DNA of 63,004 nucleotides, the filler included, from Basidiobolus ranarum (taxonomy: Eukaryota): NCBI GenBank assembly GCA_040143965.1. It is 56 parts of 56 records of this genome, joined end to end, with 100 filler letters (N's around TTAATTAATTAA, not from the genome) between each part and the next. Parts side by side here need not be neighbours in the genome. Positions count along the whole stretch, not along the records: positions 60,865 to 61,884 come from JASJQH010013674.1; positions 61,985 to 63,004 come from JASJQH010013675.1; 54 more parts are not named here. One strand, 5' to 3'. The position numbers and the translations under genes are program-made. Positions 60,865 to 63,004 of the stretch are shown one piece after another (positions within the stretch are counted from its first letter, which is position 1; each line of letters opens with the position of its first letter). Under the pieces are notes generated by a model. That model worked only from the letters and a program-made list of their open reading frames with translations. It did no database searches and was not told the DNA's origin.

Positions 60865-61884
60865 GGACTGCAAGTTGGGGATATATTGGCTGAATTCTTT
60901 ATGGAAATTTGCCAAAATCCAGGAGCTTATTCTCATTGTGAATGGTAACAAGGGTTAGCTATTTGCCAAGTGTCAATGATATTCAAAATTTCAGATGTTT
61001 AACAATTTTTCCACCATTAGTTTGCTGGTAAAGCATATTGATGTTGTTGAGTTATGTCTAATCGGTCAAGTATGTGCATATGTAGAGACTAAATACAACA
61101 AGATTCTTGTATTTTTTGATACTCATTATGGCTGGAATACAAAGCCTCGAATATCTAAATAAAGGCAAGCATATTAATTTGAATTCCTACAGCAGTGCAC
61201 CAGTAATTTGCCATTCAAAAATTATATTTTTTCAAAAATTGCCAGATATTGAATAACACATGCCAAATTTGAGGATCAATGTTTTAGCATTTATGAATAC
61301 CATCAAAATACCATCAAGAAACCACCATCACACCATCAAAAACCCTGGCAGAATGCAAGCCAGCAATATTGTGATGGTTCTCTGACAGTTTTGCTATTTT
61401 GGAGGGTGGATCCAATCTGGTTCAAATCAATTTTATTTTTGTTTGGGATATACTGGCTGAAAAGCTTAACATCATCATGGAACTGGGTACACCAATTGGC
61501 AGAGTGCTATATTTGGAAGTTCATCCAACACCTGGCACCTCTCAACAAGCCAAAACAGCAGTAAATAAAGTTCACGGCTCTCCAACCTCAACTGGTACTT
61601 TTCAAATTGTTGAAATTTGCTCCGAACTTAAAGGCAAGCAAAAATCCACACAAACACTGCAAAGCACTCTCAGTAGTGTCATATTACATGGACATACAAA
61701 AATAGTCAAAGTGCTTGAGGAGTATTTTCAAAAGTATGAAGAGAAAAATGGAGTGCAAGTATGCAGAAAGTGGCTTCAGAAGAAGAACATTCAACTTGAC
61801 ATTCAGTCTGGTGTTGACCATGCACATATCTGGGAAGAACGTAATACATAGTGTCACAATATTGCAGGGTATCCACCAGATAGC
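60865..61884 (+). mobile_element. CACTA-like last exon and right end (61447) inserted in ORF2 of another copy (61448-61884)
   Basis: ..TTTTTGTTTGGG directly followed by internal ORF2 sequence DIL.EKL. Confidence 0.85.
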
Positions 61885-61984
61885 NNNNNNNNNNNNNNNN
61901 NNNNNNNNNNNNNNNNNNNNNNNNNNNNTTAATTAATTAANNNNNNNNNNNNNNNNNNNNNNNNNNNNNNNNNNNNNNNNNNNN

Positions 61985-62951
61985 CCTGATATTGCTACAG
62001 CAGTAAGCATAGTAAGCAAATATATGGAAAATCCTGCAATGGAACATTGGATAGCTGTGAAACAGATAATATGCTATCTGAAAGGAACAATACATTGTGG
62101 AATTCAATTTAGTAAGCAATACAACATGTTGCTTACTTTGGAAGGATATGTTGATGCAGACTGGGCTAGTGATACAGAAGACCATAAGTCCAGAACTGGA
62201 TATATGTTTAAGCTAGCAGGTGGGCCAATAAGCTGGATTAGTAAGAAACAACAAACTGTTGCATTATTGACTACAGAAGCTGAATACATGGCAAGCTCTA
62301 TGGCTGTTCAAGAAGCTGTATGGCTCAGAAGTCTTTTCAAGGAACTAGGATATGATCAAGTTAATCTTACCCCAATATATCAAGATAGTATTAGTTGTAT
62401 TCAGATTGCCAAAAACCCTGAGCATCACTCAAGGATGAAACATATTGACAAAAGACATCATTTTATATGAGAGAAAGTTTAAGACAAAGAAGTGAACTTT
62501 ATTTATTGTAATACTAAAAACATGCTTGCAGATATACTAACAAAACCACTCAAAACTTCAAGCTTTGAGAAGTTAAGAGCAGGAATAGGTTTTAGTGAAT
62601 ATAAGCACAATGCTGAATAAGAATTAAGGGAAGGTGTTGGATAGTTAATCTTTATTCAACATCTTAGTTAACTTTGGTTATGATACATATATCAGAAACA
62701 GAGAGCAATGCATATATAGCCCCTATATTCCAAATAGGAATATCTCTATAGCTATGTAACAAGTATGTCTTATTACCCCCACTTATCTACTATATCTTAT
62801 TACACAAACTTCTGAATATCTCAAACAATTAATTTACTTTTCTACTATATAAGTCACCATACACTCTTAAGAGTAAAGTAACTAAAACAAACTATCATAA
62901 GTTACTTCTAATACACAAAGTCTACCCCCATTATGTGAAGATCCTCCAACA
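61985..62951 (+). mobile_element. Ty1/copia RT-RNase H, polypurine tract and complete LTR-B (62635-62951)
   Basis: PDIATAV, GYVDADWASD, ISWISKKQQTVAL.TTEAEYMA, KHIDKRHHF. Confidence 0.95.
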
Positions 62952-63004
62952 ATAAGTATATTGACTTAACCTATTGCTCTACAGAAGACATGATTGCTGA
63001 TATA

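Noticed and set aside
61399..61851. ORFs that look like new fusion proteins (also 28303-28575 and 26469-26864)
   Set aside because: They read across TE insertion junctions (TIR or LTR into target); not evidence of functional chimeras

Overview
This window is not one locus. It is 56 unrelated contigs of about 1.02-1.03 kb, sorted by decreasing length (1033 to 1020 bp) and joined by an artificial 100-bp linker (44 N + TTAATTAATTAA, which stops all six frames, + 44 N). Adjacency across a linker means nothing, and ORFs ending in X...LIN are linker artefacts. The DNA is eukaryotic and fungal-like: AT-rich, with short GT-AG introns of about 55-75 nt. It contains MLH1, pyruvate decarboxylase, a PDR-type ABC transporter and a bacterial-style NRPS, a combination that suggests an early-diverging fungus such as Basidiobolus (inference only). 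About three quarters of the contigs are degenerate, nested transposon copies: (i) a high-copy CACTA/EnSpm-like DNA transposon with CCCTAACA[A/G]AAAT termini, an intron-containing transposase and a second unknown ORF; (ii) Ty1/copia elements with two LTR types; (iii) Ty3/gypsy elements, one with an LTR that looks built for Tf1-type self-priming; (iv) an unclassified element ending TAGACTTG. TE copies are almost devoid of CpG while host genes are not. Host fragments also include a lipase, tandem WrbA-family genes, an internally deleted GGT, a small Cys-rich secreted protein and two intronless genes that look bacterial. No complete new system can be demonstrated from 1-kb pieces. The best leads are the reconstructable CACTA-like element, the self-priming LTR and the candidate horizontally acquired genes.
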